IMG/VR virus record: IMGVR_UViG_3300007351_000034
DNA from: a virus
Reading direction: 5' to 3' (one strand)
DNA length: 38,120 bases
Shown: piece by piece, positions 37,883 to 38,120 of the stretch
Layout: every line of letters starts with the position of its first letter
Numbering within the stretch: position 1 is the first letter of the stretch
Translations under genes and position numbers: made by a program
The notes under the pieces: generated by a model
The model's input: only the letters and a program-made list of their open reading frames with translations
Databases searched by the model: none
Told to the model about the DNA's origin: nothing

Positions 37883-38120
37883 TGAAGTACCTACTACTAG
37901 CCATTCTCATATTCGGTTTCGGAAGCGTTGCATTCGCAGCTCCCTATTTCAACTCGACTCGAACCATCATTCCCGAACAGGACAGCGCGTTCGACGTGGG
38001 AACCTCGTCAAAAGCATATCGCACGGGATACTTCGATGAACTCTGCCTTGCCGGGGACTGCCAGACTGCATTCCCTGGTTCATCAGGCGGCGAGGCGAAC
38101 ACCGCAAGCAACCTCGGGAC
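37882..38120 (+). CDS. Tail fibre gene, 5' part (continues at nt 2 after collapsing the duplication)
   Basis: ATG 37882 encodes MKYLLLAILIFGFGSVAFAAPYF (signal-peptide-like). The frame is open to the window end, so the ORF is missing from the track. It is in phase with 2-2533. Confidence 0.6.
   Translation, partial: MKYLLLAILIFGFGSVAFAAPYFNSTRTIIPEQDSAFDVGTSSKAYRTGYFDELCLAGDCQTAFPGSSGGEANTASNLG
38022..38120. repeat. Terminal duplication, copy 2 (identical to 1-99)
   Basis: 99/99 identity with the window start. Confidence 0.9.

Overview
The window is a complete, circularly closed dsDNA tailed-phage genome. The first 99 nt are identical to the last 99 nt, so the unique length is 38,021 bp, and a tail-fibre gene reads continuously across that junction. 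No searches were run. All calls rest on reading the sequence, motif recognition and gene order. There are two arms. The minus-strand early/replication arm (about 7.3-17.9 kb) holds many tiny translationally coupled genes, a DEDDy exonuclease, a PD-(D/E)XK nuclease, a winged-helix initiator with internal iterons, and a hexapeptide-repeat protein. The plus-strand late arm (18.2 kb through the junction to 7.3 kb) runs: putative terS, a free-standing HNH homing endonuclease, terL, a GT-A glycosyltransferase, portal, scaffold, HK97-like capsid, podovirus-like adaptor/nozzle/internal proteins, fibres, an FkbM methyltransferase, and a lysis cassette with three muralytic enzymes. I recognised no DNA or RNA polymerase, primase, helicase or integrase catalytic domain. 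The strongest leads are non-coding. (1) A roughly 570-nt ORF-free, heavily base-paired RNA candidate lies on the minus strand (16727-17296), and its G.U pairs and UUCG/GNRA loops are strand-specific. (2) The divergent control region (17868-18240) has back-to-back TTGACA boxes in a palindrome, and both arms run into intrinsic terminators before the first gene. (3) An 11-nt motif, GTTATCCCCAC, occurs seven times, always co-oriented with the downstream unit. (4) A second structured RNA candidate sits upstream of the portal gene. Secondary leads are possible virion glycosylation and methylation enzymes, signal peptides on fibre-module proteins, a promoter-plus-terminator moron, and single genes bracketed by short direct repeats.
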